DNA of 64,000 nucleotides from Bacteroides fragilis (GTDB lineage Bacteria; Pseudomonadota; Alphaproteobacteria; Rs-D84): NCBI GenBank assembly GCA_963630775.1, contig CAVGNU010000003.1, positions 19,190 to 83,189 of the forward strand, read 5' to 3'. Shown piece by piece: positions 63,443 to 64,000 of this stretch (position 1 is its first letter; each line of letters starts with the position of its first letter). The notes under the pieces were generated by a model. It saw only the letters and a program-made list of their open reading frames with translations, ran no database searches and was not told where the DNA came from. The position numbers and the translations under genes were made by a program.

Positions 63443-64000
63443 TCAATCGCGATTGCGCGCCAAATCATCATAGACATGATATTTATGGTCGCTGGTTTCC
63501 CTGTATTCATATGGCGCACCCCCCGCAGAATACATATTAAACAACTCCGTTGTTTTATCGACTGCTGCCGCAATCATTTGTGCCGTATCGTCCGCGCTGT
63601 ATTCAATCGGTTTTACCGCCCCACTCTTTAACTGTAAAAATACCATCACAGGCGTACGTGATTTTTCAGTTATCGAAATTGTGAACCCGCCGGATTGCAA
63701 TATATACGCCTCTAATGGCAACTGGGGCATATTCCCTTCGGCCAGTTGTTTTTTCGTTGGCGGTGTACCGGTCTTGATATCCAAAACCCCACCGTCCCAA
63801 ATGCGATCCGCGCGTGCACGAACATTACGCCCCGCAATATTTACCACGCCCACCGTTTCTGCAACCGATGGTGGCAACGCATTCAAATATTCCAATGCCA
63901 CCGGCACAATTTCCAAGAATCGTTTATGCCAGAAATGATATATAATACTGTCCGCGCCCAGAATACTGCGCGCACGCGCGTCCATATCGGCAACCAGTGC
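63443..64000 (-). CDS. addB: AddB-like PD-(D/E)XK nuclease C-terminal domain (5' part beyond window)
   Basis: The frame stays open upstream of the listed Met to the window edge (..ALVADMDARARS..). The motif VRARADRIWDGGVLDIKTGTPPTKKQ...MPQLPLEAYIL matches the alphaproteobacterial AddB nuclease motif (ADRID....IiDYKTG..P...PQL.LEA). Confidence 0.6.
   Translation of the reverse strand, partial: ALVADMDARARSILGADSIIYHFWHKRFLEIVPVALEYLNALPPSVAETVGVVNIAGRNVRARADRIWDGGVLDIKTGTPPTKKQLAEGNMPQLPLEAYILQSGGFTISITEKSRTPVMVFLQLKSGAVKPIEYSADDTAQMIAAAVDKTTELFNMYSAGGAPYEYRETSDHKYHVYDDLARNRD

Noticed and set aside
1-64000. Search for tRNA, rRNA, tmRNA, RNase P, SRP RNA, transposases, integrons and restriction-modification or known defence genes.
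   Set aside because: I saw none in any intergenic region or ORF translation. The only recombinase is the housekeeping XerD. Absence was judged by eye, and a tRNAscan, Infernal or DefenseFinder run would be definitive.

Overview
Compact, gene-dense stretch of a diderm bacterial chromosome. The gene content suggests an alphaproteobacterium, possibly host-associated: Ros/MucR regulator, RHH_4-type small protein, DUF721/DciA, SPOR protein, LolA, Lnt, LptF/G, MltA, SecDF-YajC. That taxonomic call is an inference from gene content only. I support about 65 protein genes, mostly housekeeping: recJ, ftsI, suf genes, trxA, dksA, thrS, gltX, trmB, rarA, fabD, ftsK, secDF, mutL, greA, xerD, trxB, serS, typA, recA, secB, mltA, ruvC/ruvA, yebC, mnmE and xthA. 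I found no tRNA, rRNA, CRISPR array, transposase or phage integrase. The non-housekeeping content falls into six groups. (1) Three loci encode small cysteine-rich secreted proteins or a small beta-barrel OMP. Each is preceded by an isostructural leader with three mutually exclusive pairings that ends in a hairpin plus U-tract just before the RBS. Two leaders are near-identical in sequence and the third keeps the architecture through compensatory base changes. This is my best candidate for an undescribed regulatory system. (2) A family of imperfect palindromic repeats has a conserved apex and conserved tandem G.A mismatches, and copies abut the stop codons of trxB and an acyl-CoA ligase gene. 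(3) A nested palindromic MITE-like element with perfect 34-bp termini sits between convergent glycosyltransferase genes. (4) A tight four-gene operon of unknown function (16263-18313) includes a SUKH-like protein, a protein with a degenerate HNH-like core, and an RHH protein. (5) ybeY and lnt are fused in frame, directly downstream of a membrane-anchored GH24 lysozyme-TPR gene and a zinc-ligand-less mucR. (6) Several housekeeping homologues show degenerate catalytic or metal sites: Cys-less DksA, an S41 peptidase without its Ser/Lys dyad, and ThrS without a TGS domain. All calls come from reading translations and motifs by eye. No database search or folding computation was run.
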